The position numbers were made by a program, and so were the translations under genes. Shown piece after piece: positions 59,243 through 59,303 of a stretch of 59,303 nucleotides of DNA. The notes below the pieces were generated by a model, which ran no database searches, was not told the DNA's origin, and worked only from the letters and a program-made list of their open reading frames with translations. How positions within the stretch are numbered: position 1 is the stretch's first letter; every line of letters begins with the position of its first letter. This DNA is from Ignavibacteriales bacterium (GTDB lineage Bacteria > Bacteroidota > Ignavibacteria > UBA10030): NCBI GenBank assembly GCA_016207415.1, contig JACQPT010000093.1:1-59303 (forward strand), read 5' to 3'.

Positions 59243-59303
59243 TGGGAGTTTCTTGCGCATTATTTGCGCTCTCATTTCTCAAGATCAGCAAAAAGCACAA
59301 GAA

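Overview
This 59.3 kb window looks like bacterial chromosome with about 52% GC. The gene content (LPS genes lpxB/lpxK/GT9, GWxTD, DUF3108, BamA-like, CIRCE-regulated groESL) suggests a diderm of the FCB group, possibly Ignavibacteria or Chlorobi-like. That placement is an inference from gene content only. I support about 50 protein-coding genes, and all of them lie on the + strand. They are tightly packed, with many ATGA/TAATG stop-start overlaps. I saw no rRNA, tRNA, CRISPR array, transposase or integrase.

Most genes are housekeeping:
- central metabolism and translation: sucC, gatB, tpiA, ppdK, queA, ispD, purB, rimO, rsmI
- chromosome and replication: smc, dnaG, rnhB
- envelope and lipids: lpxB, lpxK, plsY-gpsA-plsY2, cdsA
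- other: groESL, pncB, pncA, nadE, cstA

The parts most worth a second look are:
1. The 3' end (52.6-59.0 kb). A perfect sigma-54 promoter precedes a dCache/HAMP/Cys-rich-PAS histidine kinase and an NtrC-type activator. These are followed by a CheY-like receiver, a Cyc2-like fused monoheme cytochrome-porin candidate, and a cupredoxin with an amicyanin-type Cu loop. This could be an outer-membrane iron-oxidation or electron-exchange module.
2. An archaeal-style ferredoxin plus geranylgeranyl reductase gene pair, and a DGGGP-synthase-like UbiA prenyltransferase about 10 kb downstream.
3. A hicB gene followed by a frameshifted hicA between purB and a lysine-catabolism pair (ALDH plus lat).
4. A GH2-like protein that appears to have lost both catalytic Glu residues and is fused to a multi-pass membrane domain.
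5. Recurrent short intergenic motifs: CCCTTCAC, CCTTCGGAAGG hairpins, a roughly 32-nt degenerate tandem repeat and a 7-bp tandem repeat.

All family assignments come from reading motifs in the supplied translations. No database search was run.
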